Positions 29,041-39,282 of a stretch of 64,000 bases of DNA are shown here, one piece after another (within the stretch, counting starts at the first letter, position 1; every line of letters starts with the position of its first letter). This stretch comes from an uncultured Verrucomicrobiae bacterium (GTDB lineage Bacteria > Verrucomicrobiota > Verrucomicrobiia > Chthoniobacterales > JAFAMB01), in contig CAWIPH010000002.1 of assembly GCA_963837955.1 (NCBI GenBank), positions 2,272,001-2,336,000 of the forward strand, written 5' to 3'. The notes under the pieces were generated by a model. That model did no database searches and was not told the origin of the DNA. It saw nothing but the letters and a program-made list of their open reading frames with translations. A program made the position numbers and the translations under genes.

Positions 29041-30864
29041 TTACTTCACTTCGATCGATATGTTGATGGCCGAACCGGCGCCGGTCCCGTCGGTCGCGAT
29101 AAAATGCGTTTCCAGCGTTTTCCCGCGGTCAGCGGCACTCGGGACGAATGTGAATGTTCTTCCGTCGAAACTACCAACGTCAGAGCTCCAGCGATAAAAG
29201 TGAACAGGGAAATGCTCCGGGTCTTCCGCTGTGACATCGAACCGCACATTTTGCCCGACCGTGGCGTTGATCGAGTTGGTGCGCAGGGTCGTCCGAATTA
29301 CCGGATGGCGGTTCTCAAACACTGAAGCGTTCGGGTCATTTTCGCGATCTTGGCTGTCCGCGGCTGGATTGTAGTAGAATTGGTCGACCAGCATGAAATG
29401 CCCGCTTTGCGGGTAGAAAAAATTAACAAAGGCCGGATTGCTCTTAAATGAACCGTTACTCGCAGTTACGATGACCGGGATTCGCCCCAATGGAAGTTTC
29501 GAATCAAACCGCACTGTGATTCGATAGGTGGAATGGTCGAGCCGAGCCACCGTAACGTTACGCTGCTCTGGATAGAGCGGTTGGACGGTGAACTCTAGCG
29601 GTAGATTCTGGAGATCATAAGAGTGCCCAAGGTCAATGTCGGTCACTATGGTTTCTCCGCGCTTCGGCCAGAAGCGCATCATCGTCGCATGGACTCCTTT
29701 GATGCGCTCGTTTTGGGTGCTGGGCGGAACGATTACATTTCCTTTCGCATCTAGCACCGTCAGAGAGCGGAGCCGGAGAATTGCGGCAGGAGGAGCTACC
29801 TTCATCGAGCGGGCCATCTCGATCATGCGTTTCAGATGAAGGAGATTGTCGTAACGATGGAACTCCGAGTTGAAGGGTGTGAACTCTTTCAAGCCGCCGG
29901 CGGGATTGTCCGCTTCGGGATATGGAAAGTCCCCGATGTCGCCATTGGAATAGTAGGCTGGACGATGGCGCAACTCGTTTTCGTATGGCACTTCGGCTCC
30001 GTGAGCATCGACGAACGGAAGATTGGCGCGAAAAAGCATCAGGAGGGCCGAAGCATATAGACCATGCCGCTTGAGTAACTCCTTGGTCGGCCGAGGTAAA
30101 CATGCCCCGGCGTAAAGCATCTTAAAGAGACCCTGAATTTCGCTGTTCGATCGGCCGAGCGATTGAAAGTACGCTGATGACAGAGCGTCGTAGAGATCGG
30201 TCGTCCTATCCGGCAAATTTTCCTGGTACGACCAAAGGGCGGGCGCGCTGTAGACGATATTGGCGAACAGAAATTCGCGTTCGAGGCGCGTGTACTCGGC
30301 CGGATTCCGGGCAATTTGGTGCCCGTGAAGGCGTTCCGACTGGCTAACTGTGACAACGCCAAGATCGCGTAACTGTTGCGTAGTCGGAACGCCGTAATCG
30401 ATCCGCATGAACTGGTCTTCAACGTATTTACCGATCTTGAATTTGTTCCCGCTCCCAAGGTCAGGGTCTGCCAGCGGCGCCGAATGTCCGAAATCGAGCG
30501 ACGCGCAGGCATCGTCCCAGAAGCCGGCAACATCCTGTGAGTTATCTGAAGTGACCCGTACGAAATCGATCGGATAATTTCGCAATGCTGACAGATCGGG
30601 AAACAGACGTCGTTCTGGCGGTAACGGCTTAAACGTTGTGGTCTTCGTCGATTTCTCGAATGGGGCGGTGTAACTCACCGGCGCCGGATCTAAGAACCAA
30701 AGTTTCCAGCTCGGGCGTGAGTAGTAAGGATTCTTGATAGCATCCTTTTCCGCCCGAGGTGAGGCGGACAGTTGGCCAGTCTGCCCAAGAATCGCTTGAG
30801 GAACGAGGACCGCCCATAAGCTCAATCCCGCAGCCGCAAAGATTCGGCAAACCATGAGGAGCAC
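29041..30864 (-). CDS. Hypothetical exported protein with C-terminal Ig/cadherin-like domain
   Basis: 607-aa ORF with signal peptide; C-terminal N.HP...VGQ.V.FDVTAEDPE...ATDG pattern; start may be ATG 30855. Confidence 0.75.
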   Translation of the reverse strand: MLLMVCRIFAAAGLSLWAVLVPQAILGQTGQLSASPRAEKDAIKNPYYSRPSWKLWFLDPAPVSYTAPFEKSTKTTTFKPLPPERRLFPDLSALRNYPIDFVRVTSDNSQDVAGFWDDACASLDFGHSAPLADPDLGSGNKFKIGKYVEDQFMRIDYGVPTTQQLRDLGVVTVSQSERLHGHQIARNPAEYTRLEREFLFANIVYSAPALWSYQENLPDRTTDLYDALSSAYFQSLGRSNSEIQGLFKMLYAGACLPRPTKELLKRHGLYASALLMLFRANLPFVDAHGAEVPYENELRHRPAYYSNGDIGDFPYPEADNPAGGLKEFTPFNSEFHRYDNLLHLKRMIEMARSMKVAPPAAILRLRSLTVLDAKGNVIVPPSTQNERIKGVHATMMRFWPKRGETIVTDIDLGHSYDLQNLPLEFTVQPLYPEQRNVTVARLDHSTYRITVRFDSKLPLGRIPVIVTASNGSFKSNPAFVNFFYPQSGHFMLVDQFYYNPAADSQDRENDPNASVFENRHPVIRTTLRTNSINATVGQNVRFDVTAEDPEHFPVHFYRWSSDVGSFDGRTFTFVPSAADRGKTLETHFIATDGTGAGSAINISIEVK

Positions 30865-30935
30865 CCGATTCTATCCACAGTCCAAGATTCGGCAAGCTAG
30901 ATGAACGGAGACGACTTGTTAGGATGCCGGCTGAC

Positions 30936-32444
30936 TTAGTGTGGGGCGCTGGCCTCGGATGTGCCGAGCGCCGCGAGATGCATCACCTTTTCTTCTGTTG
31001 CATTGCTCCGCGTAAGTTCGCCGGTCAATCTGCCGTGGCGCATGATGAGAACCCGATCCGCCAAAGCCAGCACCTCAGGCAAATCGCTTGAGATAACTAA
31101 GATCGCGATCCCTTCGCGAACCAACTCATCAAATAATCCATAGATCTCGGCCTTGGTTCCGATGTCGACACCGCGAGTTGGCTCGTCGACGATGAGCACC
31201 GCCGGCTGAACGGCGAGCCATTTGGCCAGGAGCACCTTTTGCTGATTGCCGCCGCTCAGGAGCCCCGTCCTTTGTTGGAAACTTGGCGTGCGAACGCGCA
31301 GCCGAGAGACATACTTCCCTATTAGCTGGTTTTCTGCCGGGTAATCGACAAACGGACCGCGAGCCACCCGCCGGAGGGCCGCGCTGGAGATATTGGAACC
31401 GACCTCCGCACCCAGGACTAATCCCATCGTTTTGCGATCTTCTGGGACATAGGCGATCCCGGCCATCACCGCATCCTTCGGCCGGCGGAAATTTGCTTTG
31501 TTTCCTCGCAAGAAAACATCGCCGCGGTCCGGTGGTAATGAACCGAAAATGCCAAGCGCCATCTCGCTTCGTCCAGCCCCGATGAGTCCAGCCATGGCTA
31601 CGATCTCGCCGCAGCGAAGTTCAAAAGTGACATCTTCGTATTGGCCTTTCTTAGAAAGGTTGTTTACCCGCAGGACGACTTCCCCTTTTGGTTCAACCGG
31701 GTTTCGATGGAAGGCCAGGAGTTCGCGTCCGACCATGAATCGTACTGCTTCGGCCTCTGTCGTGGCCTTGGTTGGAACCGTGCAAACGTGCCGGCCGTCG
31801 CGTAACACCGTTAGCGTATCACAAAGCGAAAAGACTTCAGGAAGTCGATGAGAGATGTAGAGGATGGTGACGCCGTGCGCCTTGAGATCGGCAATCACGC
31901 GGAACAGAATGGCAGATTCGGTCTCGGAAAGGCTGGAGGTTGGTTCATCCAGGATCAAGAGACGGGGATTTCGGACGAGACTTTTGCAAATCTCGATGAG
32001 CTGTTGCTGAGCCACCGTGAGCGAGCTCACCACGGTATCCGGATCATGGTGAAGTCCTAGGCGGCCAAGAACGGCCATGGTCTCGGCCCTCAGCTTCTTG
32101 CGATCTAAAAAGAAAGCTGATTGCTTCGGTTCCTGGCCAAGGAATATGTTTTCCGCGATCGAAAGGTTGGGCGCCAAATTCAATTCTTGGTAAACAATAG
32201 CAATACCTTTGGCCTGAGCTTCTGATGGGTCGGTGAACTTGACGGTCTCACCGGAGAACTCAACTGTTCCGGCATTGGGCTGATGGACGCCGGCGATGAT
32301 CTGCATCAGCGTGCTTTTCCCCGCGCCATTTTCGCCGATCACTGCATGTATGCTCTTTTCCTCGACCTCGAAGGTGACGTCCCGCAAAGCCTGCACGCCA
32401 GGAAAGTGCTTCGAGATTCCGTTTATCTTTAAAATCGGCGGCAT
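30936..32444 (-). CDS. Sugar ABC transporter ATP-binding protein
   Basis: GENGAGKS, LSGGNQQK and DEPTRG motifs. Confidence 0.93.
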   Translation of the reverse strand: MPPILKINGISKHFPGVQALRDVTFEVEEKSIHAVIGENGAGKSTLMQIIAGVHQPNAGTVEFSGETVKFTDPSEAQAKGIAIVYQELNLAPNLSIAENIFLGQEPKQSAFFLDRKKLRAETMAVLGRLGLHHDPDTVVSSLTVAQQQLIEICKSLVRNPRLLILDEPTSSLSETESAILFRVIADLKAHGVTILYISHRLPEVFSLCDTLTVLRDGRHVCTVPTKATTEAEAVRFMVGRELLAFHRNPVEPKGEVVLRVNNLSKKGQYEDVTFELRCGEIVAMAGLIGAGRSEMALGIFGSLPPDRGDVFLRGNKANFRRPKDAVMAGIAYVPEDRKTMGLVLGAEVGSNISSAALRRVARGPFVDYPAENQLIGKYVSRLRVRTPSFQQRTGLLSGGNQQKVLLAKWLAVQPAVLIVDEPTRGVDIGTKAEIYGLFDELVREGIAILVISSDLPEVLALADRVLIMRHGRLTGELTRSNATEEKVMHLAALGTSEASAPH

Positions 32445-32648
32445 AGGTAGCCTGATGCTCCAGCCTCAGGAGTGTGTCGGTGATTGGTGATTAGTGAGAG
32501 GGCGGTGAGAGATTTCTGCCGAAGATTTGCCGATAGGTAGGAACCATTCACTAATCACCTCGCACCAATCACTTCTTATCTCTCACCTCTCACCTTTCGG
32601 AATCGCTGCAGCCCCCGGGGTTCCTGAGGCTGGAGCATCAGGCTACCT
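32445..32648. repeat. Family E REPIN with perfect 27-bp terminal inverted repeats
   Basis: AGGTAGCCTGATGCTCCAGCCTCAGGA (32445-32471) and exact reverse complement (32622-32648); internal heptamer-like repeats. Confidence 0.92.
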
Positions 32649-32724
32649 CCCCAAAGGCTGGCTTGTCCTCCATAGTTTTGGGCTTGGGGGAACGAAGGAG
32701 GAAGCCTTCGGTTACTTAAAAATA

Positions 32725-33678
32725 CTACTTCAAGAATTGGTCTACGTTAGCGGACGTCACCACATCGACGCCGGTATCTACGACGGCTGGTACTGTCTTG
32801 CCCTGGGTGAGGTCGTTCAATATGTCCACACTCTTAACACCCATGGCATACGGTCTTTGGCCGATGAGACCATTGCAGGCGCCTTGTTTCAGAATCTTGA
32901 GCTCCTCCGGCAAGGTGTCGAAAGCGATGACTACAAATTTCTTCGCTTTGATGTCGTCCAAATGTTTGGTGACCGCACGCAGATAAGCCTCCGGAGCACC
33001 GAAAAGCGGCCAACCGCCGGAGAAGAAGAAGCCGTTCAGGTCCGGGTAACGCGTTAAAGTATCCTGAATAATCTGGATCGACTTCGCCGCGTCATCATTG
33101 CAGGGGAAAGGCGAACCGGAGATTTCGGTGTATTCGCCTCCCGCCTCTTTGAGCGCTTTCCGGAACCCATCGCCTCGCTGGTTGTGATTGACCGAAGCCA
33201 GACCCCCGGTTATTACCGCGAACTTGCCCTTCGGTAGGGCGGTGGCGAACGCTTTGCCGGCTTCATAGCCGCCTTGTTCGTTGTTCGTGCCCACAAAACA
33301 AACACGTTGCGACTTCGGCGAGTCGGCGTCGAAGGTAATCACTTTAATTCCCTTTTTGATCGCAGCTTCGATCACACCGATTACGGAATCGCCGTCCATC
33401 GGGGCAACGGCAAAGCCATCCACACCGCGGCTGACCAGGTCCTGTAAAACTTGAACCTGTTTCGCTGCATCGGCGGTGTCCGGTCCGGTGTAAATAACAT
33501 TGACGCCGAGCTTCGCGCCTTCTTCTTTGCAGCCCTTTTCCACATCGTTGTAGAACGAGATGCTGATCGATTTTGGAATGATAGCGAACGTCTTCTGTTT
33601 TTGCGCGTGAGCGCTGGTCAGCAGAGCGAGTGAGTAGGTCACCAGGCCCGCTAAAAGAAACAATGGACTGTTTTTCAT
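32725..33678 (-). CDS. Sugar ABC transporter substrate-binding protein
   Basis: Signal peptide; FAIIPK, VITFDAD, VGTNN and IGQRPY motifs. Confidence 0.92.
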   Translation of the reverse strand: MKNSPLFLLAGLVTYSLALLTSAHAQKQKTFAIIPKSISISFYNDVEKGCKEEGAKLGVNVIYTGPDTADAAKQVQVLQDLVSRGVDGFAVAPMDGDSVIGVIEAAIKKGIKVITFDADSPKSQRVCFVGTNNEQGGYEAGKAFATALPKGKFAVITGGLASVNHNQRGDGFRKALKEAGGEYTEISGSPFPCNDDAAKSIQIIQDTLTRYPDLNGFFFSGGWPLFGAPEAYLRAVTKHLDDIKAKKFVVIAFDTLPEELKILKQGACNGLIGQRPYAMGVKSVDILNDLTQGKTVPAVVDTGVDVVTSANVDQFLK

Positions 33679-33750
33679 ATGTATTATCAGGGGAACAACT
33701 TGGTTTTAGTGGATGCCGCCACCCAGTGGCATTACCCGTTCGAAAATCTC

Positions 33751-34746
33751 TCAATCATGACGTAAGAGCTTCCGAAAATAGTCGATGGATACGGCGAGAA
33801 TGATCACCGCTCCGACGAAGACTCCTTGCCAGTACGGATCGATGCCGAAGAGCAACAAGCCGTTCCGCAACACTTCCAAGATGATTGCACCGATTACGGT
33901 ACCAAGAATTGTGCCTTCGCCACCAGCCAGATTAGCTCCGCCAATCACGGTGGCGGCAATCACGGCCAGCTCTTCTCCGGTCCCTAAGTCGGCCGTAACG
34001 CTTGATAAATAGCTGTATTGGACGAGTCCGGCGATCCCCGCGACCAGTGCAGACAGGATGTAAACGATGATCTTTAGTCGATCGACGCGAAGACCGGTTA
34101 GACGCGCGGTTCTCTCGTTTCCTCCAACTGCATAAACGTAGCGCCCCCACACTGTGCGCGACAGCAGGATCCAAAAGAAAACAGCAGTAACGCAGAAAAT
34201 AATAAATGGGTTGGGGATTCCGAAAATGTCGCCGCCGCCGATCCACAGAAAGGATTGATATTCGTCACCAAATATCGAAATCGGTCGCCCGTGCGTGATG
34301 ATGAGCGCGAAGCTCCTGGCGATCGCCAGCGTTGCCAGGGTGGGCACGAAGGGCGACATTTTTAAGCGGGTAATGCAGAGCCCATTCATGAGTCCGATGC
34401 CGGAGGCAGCTAGCAGACTGATAAGAATAGCCAGCGGGACGGGCCACCCGTGGGTCAGCAAGAAGGCAACGACTACCGCAGTCATCCCCCAGACCGATCC
34501 AACGGACAAATCGATGCCCCCCGTCAGGATGACTAAGGTCATGCCCATTGCGACGATCCCAACAAAAGAGAAGTTCCGGGTGATGTTCGTAATGTTCTGG
34601 ATGTCTCGAAACTGTGGGATGAAAACAGCCAGGACCAGAAGCATCAACCCTAGTGCGCCGAGAATGCCGATCTCGCGGGGAAGCCGAAAAGTTCGTTGCG
34701 GCACTGCTTTTTCTGGATGCGATGGAGCCACCACTTCGGAATTCAT
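33751..34746 (-). CDS. Sugar ABC transporter permease
   Basis: GGIDLSVG, GRYVYAVGGN and VIGGANLAGG motifs. Confidence 0.93.
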   Translation of the reverse strand: MNSEVVAPSHPEKAVPQRTFRLPREIGILGALGLMLLVLAVFIPQFRDIQNITNITRNFSFVGIVAMGMTLVILTGGIDLSVGSVWGMTAVVVAFLLTHGWPVPLAILISLLAASGIGLMNGLCITRLKMSPFVPTLATLAIARSFALIITHGRPISIFGDEYQSFLWIGGGDIFGIPNPFIIFCVTAVFFWILLSRTVWGRYVYAVGGNERTARLTGLRVDRLKIIVYILSALVAGIAGLVQYSYLSSVTADLGTGEELAVIAATVIGGANLAGGEGTILGTVIGAIILEVLRNGLLLFGIDPYWQGVFVGAVIILAVSIDYFRKLLRHD

Positions 34747-34905
34747 CTAGGGGGATTAGAGTCGAACTAAAGGGTTATGGAGGATTTTTGCCGAGATTCA
34801 AAACAAATTCATTCTCTAGAGAGTCGGGACCAGCCAATTTGAGACCCCTGAAGGGGATGCCTGTAACGCGCAAATACATTAGTTTCACCTCGCTTCAATT
34901 CATCT

Positions 34906-35889
34906 ATGCAAAAGGTTAATATTCCCGCGACGGACTTGCACGCTTCGACACTTGCTCTCGGAACGGATTATTTTGGGACCACGGTTAGCCGTGAACTGTC
35001 AATGCGACTCATGGACCGGTATCTCGAGGCTGGCGGCAACGTGATCGATACGGCCGAGGTGTACGCGGGTTGGATTCCCGGCGGAGAGCACCAAAGCGAA
35101 AAGGTCATTGGCGAGTGGTTGCGCGACCGACGCCTACGTGACGAGGTTATCCTGTCTACTAAGGGTGCTCACCCGAAGTTAGAGACCATGGAGGTCCCCC
35201 GGATGTCCAGAGGGGAGATTCAATCGGACCTGGATTCAAGCCTCCAACGGCTAGGGATAGACTGCGTCGACCTCTACTGGCTGCATCGGGATGCGCCCGG
35301 ATACCCCGTCGAGGAAATCCTCGAAACGATTGAGGCCTTCCGGCAAGCCGGTAAGATTAAGTTCGCCGGGTTCTCCAATTGGACTCAAGCTCGCGCGGAA
35401 GAAGCCCGCCAGGCGGCCCAGCGCCTAGGCTTGCAAGGTTTCATCGCGAGCCAGAATTTGTGGAGCTTAGCCAAGGTTGATTTGTCAAAGGCTGATCCGA
35501 CCTGGGCTTACATCGACGAGCCATTCGCCCAGTGGCACAGCGAGCTCGGCTTGGCGGCTTTTCCCTATCTGACCCAGGCGAACGGCTACTTCCGACGATT
35601 GGAACAAAACACTTTGGACCAGGTTCCGGCCGGCGCCAGAGTGAGAGAGCTGTTTGATCACGAAGAAAACCGAGCCCGATTCCAACGAGTGCGTCGCCTC
35701 CAGAAAAAGTACGACCTTTCGGTAGGACAGGTCGTCCTTGGATATCTTACTGGCCAACCCTTTCCGGTATTTCCACTCGTGGGTCCTAAAACCGTGGCCG
35801 ATTTGCAGGACTCCTTACGCTCTGTCGAAACCCAGCTCTCCGCGGCCGACATTTACTATCTAGAACACGGAGAGGTGAAGAACAGCTAA
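34906..35889 (+). CDS. Aldo/keto reductase
   Basis: GGNVIDTAEVY, STKGAHP, DLYWLHRD and GFSNW motifs. Confidence 0.9.
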   Translation: MQKVNIPATDLHASTLALGTDYFGTTVSRELSMRLMDRYLEAGGNVIDTAEVYAGWIPGGEHQSEKVIGEWLRDRRLRDEVILSTKGAHPKLETMEVPRMSRGEIQSDLDSSLQRLGIDCVDLYWLHRDAPGYPVEEILETIEAFRQAGKIKFAGFSNWTQARAEEARQAAQRLGLQGFIASQNLWSLAKVDLSKADPTWAYIDEPFAQWHSELGLAAFPYLTQANGYFRRLEQNTLDQVPAGARVRELFDHEENRARFQRVRRLQKKYDLSVGQVVLGYLTGQPFPVFPLVGPKTVADLQDSLRSVETQLSAADIYYLEHGEVKNS

Positions 35890-35946
35890 GCCTGCGGCAA
35901 TTAGTCCATTAACTATTAACTCATGCAAAAAGAGATTGTGCTGGTG

Positions 35947-36783
35947 CTAATGGAAGCTGAACGGGCCGGTGGTGGTCGCGCCCTTGGAGTTCGAATTTAG
36001 ATCTGCTCCCCGAGCGTCTACTATGCGAAGCATTGCCCCCGTAGCCTCGAGGTTTTTTGCTTTGCTGTTAGAGAGGTGACTATCCGTGATCGTCAAATCA
36101 ACGTCGCGCAGACGGGCAAAAGTGGTCAGACAATTGTGCCCGTACTTGGATGAGTCTACCAGCACGTACGTCTCGTCGGCCACTCGCATGATCGCCTCTT
36201 TGACCTGCGCATCGTCAGGACTTGGCGTGCTGTGACCTTTTTCGGCGGTAAAGCCGGAACTTCCAAGAAAGGCCTTGTCTGCGCGATATCGGTCGAGAAT
36301 GGTCAACGTTTCCCGCCCGAGTAAGGCCAGGCTCTTGTTTCTGACGAAACCGCCCAAAAGGAGAATGTCATAGCCAGCGCTGGACAATTCCAAAGCCACC
36401 GGGACGGAGCAGGTGATAATAAATGCAGATTTTACCTGCTCCTTCAGCAGCTGGGCCAAGGCGAGGGTGGTGGTCCCCGCGTCCAGAATGATGGTGTCCC
36501 CATCTTTGATGTATCCCAATGCTGCGGCGGCAATCGCCCGCTTTTGCTGACGGTGCATCTGGCCGCGCTCGAAGAAGGACTTATTGAATCGACTGCGGTG
36601 GGAGAAGACGGCCCCACCAAAAGTCCGCTGGAGGAGGCCTTCACTTTCCAACTCATCTAAATCCTTCCGGATCGTGACCACACTGACTGCAAACCGATCG
36701 GCCAGGTCGCCGACATTCAAGGTACCGGTCTCTTCAAGCAGATCCAGAATCTGTTGACGCCGCTGGTCGGTTTTCACCTGCAT
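35947..36783 (-). CDS. DeoR/GlpR family transcriptional regulator (paralogue 1)
   Basis: VSVVTIRKDL helix-turn-helix; LDAGTT and DSSK motifs. Confidence 0.93.
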   Translation of the reverse strand: MQVKTDQRRQQILDLLEETGTLNVGDLADRFAVSVVTIRKDLDELESEGLLQRTFGGAVFSHRSRFNKSFFERGQMHRQQKRAIAAAALGYIKDGDTIILDAGTTTLALAQLLKEQVKSAFIITCSVPVALELSSAGYDILLLGGFVRNKSLALLGRETLTILDRYRADKAFLGSSGFTAEKGHSTPSPDDAQVKEAIMRVADETYVLVDSSKYGHNCLTTFARLRDVDLTITDSHLSNSKAKNLEATGAMLRIVDARGADLNSNSKGATTTGPFSFH

Positions 36784-36829
36784 GCTCCCTTCATCTCAAT
36801 TTGGTAAATCGAGTCGTCCCTATGACGCG

Positions 36830-37882
36830 TTACTGAATGTGCGGTCCGAGCAACGAAAGATCAGCTGCGCTGAGACGCTCTTTTGCGAACCTGGCTTGGT
36901 GCCAGTAAGGATACAGTAAGATCGGTGCACTGATCTTATCGAGTCGAGCTCGGTCTTCTGGTGCCAGCTTCACATTCGCCGCCGCCAGATTACCGGCTAA
37001 CTGTTCTTCGGTTCGGGCTCCGATGACGAGAGATGTCACTCCGGGACGGCCCAGGAGGTAGGCTAAGGCGATTTGAGCCGGCGAAACCTTATGGGTCTCT
37101 CCCAGCCCCACTAGCAGGTCAATGATGTCGTACAGCTGTTCTTCATTGTGAATTGGCGGCTCATCCCAGTTATTGAGATGCCGCGAACCTTCCGGCGTCT
37201 CTTGGCCTCGGCGATATTTCCCTGACAAGAGGCCGCCAGCCAAAGGACTCCAGACCAGGATGCCAAGACCTTGATCCAACGCGATGGGCACGAGTTCGTA
37301 TTCAGCGTCGCGGGCCTGCAACGAGTAATAGATCTGCTGGCTCACGAAGCGGACGTAATTCCGGCGATCGGAAATCGCCAGAGCTTTCATCAGATGCCAT
37401 CCGGAATAATTCGAGCTACCGACGTAGCGCACTTTTCCGGAGCGAACGAGGGTATCGAGCGTTTCCAGTGTCTCTTCCAGTGGTGTCTCTCCGTCCCATT
37501 CGTGAATCTGGTAAAGGTCGATGTAATCCGTCCGAAGCCTGCGCAAACTGTCTTCGCATTCTTTGATGATATGGTACCGCGAGGCGCCGCCTTCGTTGGG
37601 GCCGTCGCGCATGACCATTCTGAATTTCGTGGCAATGAGTACTTGGTCGCGGCGACCTTCCAAAACCTGACCAAGGATCTCTTCGGATACCCCCTGGGAG
37701 TACATGTTGGCCGTATCGAATAGATTGACTCCCGCTTCCAGGCAAAGGTCCACTTGACGGCGGGCGCCCTCTACGTCCGTCGCGCCCACTTTGCTGAAAA
37801 AAGAACGGCCACCGAAGGTCATGGTGCCCAGGCTGAGCACAGAGACTCTGAGACCGGATTGTCCAAGTTGGCGATATTCCAT
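36830..37882 (-). CDS. Aldo/keto reductase (aryl-alcohol dehydrogenase-like)
   Basis: MEYRQLGQSGL, FDTANMY, DLYQIH and WSPLAGG motifs. Confidence 0.92.
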   Translation of the reverse strand: MEYRQLGQSGLRVSVLSLGTMTFGGRSFFSKVGATDVEGARRQVDLCLEAGVNLFDTANMYSQGVSEEILGQVLEGRRDQVLIATKFRMVMRDGPNEGGASRYHIIKECEDSLRRLRTDYIDLYQIHEWDGETPLEETLETLDTLVRSGKVRYVGSSNYSGWHLMKALAISDRRNYVRFVSQQIYYSLQARDAEYELVPIALDQGLGILVWSPLAGGLLSGKYRRGQETPEGSRHLNNWDEPPIHNEEQLYDIIDLLVGLGETHKVSPAQIALAYLLGRPGVTSLVIGARTEEQLAGNLAAANVKLAPEDRARLDKISAPILLYPYWHQARFAKERLSAADLSLLGPHIQ

Positions 37883-38199
37883 AGATGCTCCCATAGGAAC
37901 ACTAACGAATTGCTTTGACAATCGAGATTTGCTAAGTCATTTCTAAAAGAAAGAAATTCGAAAGACCGGATTGTGTGTTTCCCCCTTAAATTCGCGAGCG
38001 AAAAACAACCCTTCAAGCGGTGCGCGAAGGTCTTTGGTCCGAATTTCTTTGGGCGATTCTCAGAAGATTAGCGCATGAAAAATTCGATTAGACTTAGGGT
38101 TGGACAGACTTTGCTCCGGTTCGCGGCGCCCAAATGTGCGAATCCGTTTCCGGTCTTGTTTTTGCCTAGCGATTATTTTGCAAGGCGGAGGAGCTTCAT

Positions 38200-39078
38200 G
38201 TGAAAATTGCAACAGCGCCGGTTAATTGGAACAGCCCTCACGTACCGGAGTACCGTCCCTGGACGCCCTATCCGCAGCTGCTAGAGGAAATGAAGGCGGC
38301 TGGTTACATGGCTACGGAGTGGGCAGCTGAAATGCCAAAAGATCCGAACCTACTGGCAACGGATTTGAATGCGCGTGGGCTTCGGTTGCTTGGCGGGTAT
38401 GTGGAGTTAGACCTCCGAACGGCAGCCAAGCGCGACCAGGAAATGCAAAAGGGCGTGGAGATGGGGAAGTTTTTCCAGTCGCTTAGCGGGAGTTTTTTAA
38501 TCGTCGGAGATAGCGGCGATTCGCGAAGGATTCAGGAAGCGGGTCACGTCAATCCGAGCGGTGGACTGACCGACTCGCAATGGCGCTTGCTCTGCGACGG
38601 CTTGAATGATTTGGGCGCATCGCTGAAGTCAGCGGGCATTCAGGTGGTGTTTCACAATCATGTCGGGACATATGTGGAAACGGAGGCCGAAACGTCCCAC
38701 TTACTCGATGGTACCGATCCGTCGCTGGTAGGCTGGTGCTTGGATTGCGGGCACCTTGTCTATGGAGGCGGCGACACCCTTCGGATGCTGGACAAGTATG
38801 GCAGCCGTGTTCGTTACGCCCATATCAAGGACGTCGACGGGAAAATCCTGCAAATGTCCCATGAACAAGGGTGGAGTTTTCTCGAGGCGCTCAAGCGGTT
38901 TATCTTTACGCCCCTTGGCGAGGGAATGGTCAACATTCCTGCCGTCATTCGGGTGCTAAAGAGTCATCGATACGATGGCTGGTTGGTCATCGAGCAGGAC
39001 ACGACGCCGTTGGATCCGACGGCGATCGCCCGGGAGAATCGGCTCTACTTGGAGAGGTTTTTGCAGTCAGAACGTTGA
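38200..39078 (+). CDS. IolE-like TIM-barrel protein (inosose dehydratase/isomerase family)
   Basis: APVNW, FHNHVGT, LDCGH, HIKD and WLVIEQD motifs. Confidence 0.8.
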   Translation: MKIATAPVNWNSPHVPEYRPWTPYPQLLEEMKAAGYMATEWAAEMPKDPNLLATDLNARGLRLLGGYVELDLRTAAKRDQEMQKGVEMGKFFQSLSGSFLIVGDSGDSRRIQEAGHVNPSGGLTDSQWRLLCDGLNDLGASLKSAGIQVVFHNHVGTYVETEAETSHLLDGTDPSLVGWCLDCGHLVYGGGDTLRMLDKYGSRVRYAHIKDVDGKILQMSHEQGWSFLEALKRFIFTPLGEGMVNIPAVIRVLKSHRYDGWLVIEQDTTPLDPTAIARENRLYLERFLQSER

Positions 39079-39282
39079 TTGCCTGAAGAACCTGTGCGCC
39101 ATGCTGCGAAGGCTGCCGGGCAATAACGTTACCCAGGAGTGCCTGGATCAAACGCGACCTTAGCTTCGAATTAACATCGCTCCGAATGTAATTAGAAAGT
39201 CCCGCGAGGGTACTTGGTTCTCCCTCAGTGCCGAACCAGGTCTCGCTCCCCAAGAAAAAATGAAAGAACCCCCCAAAGAACA

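Noticed and set aside
32527..33057. 176-aa plus-strand ORF
   Set aside because: Antisense to the binding-protein gene and begins inside repeat E
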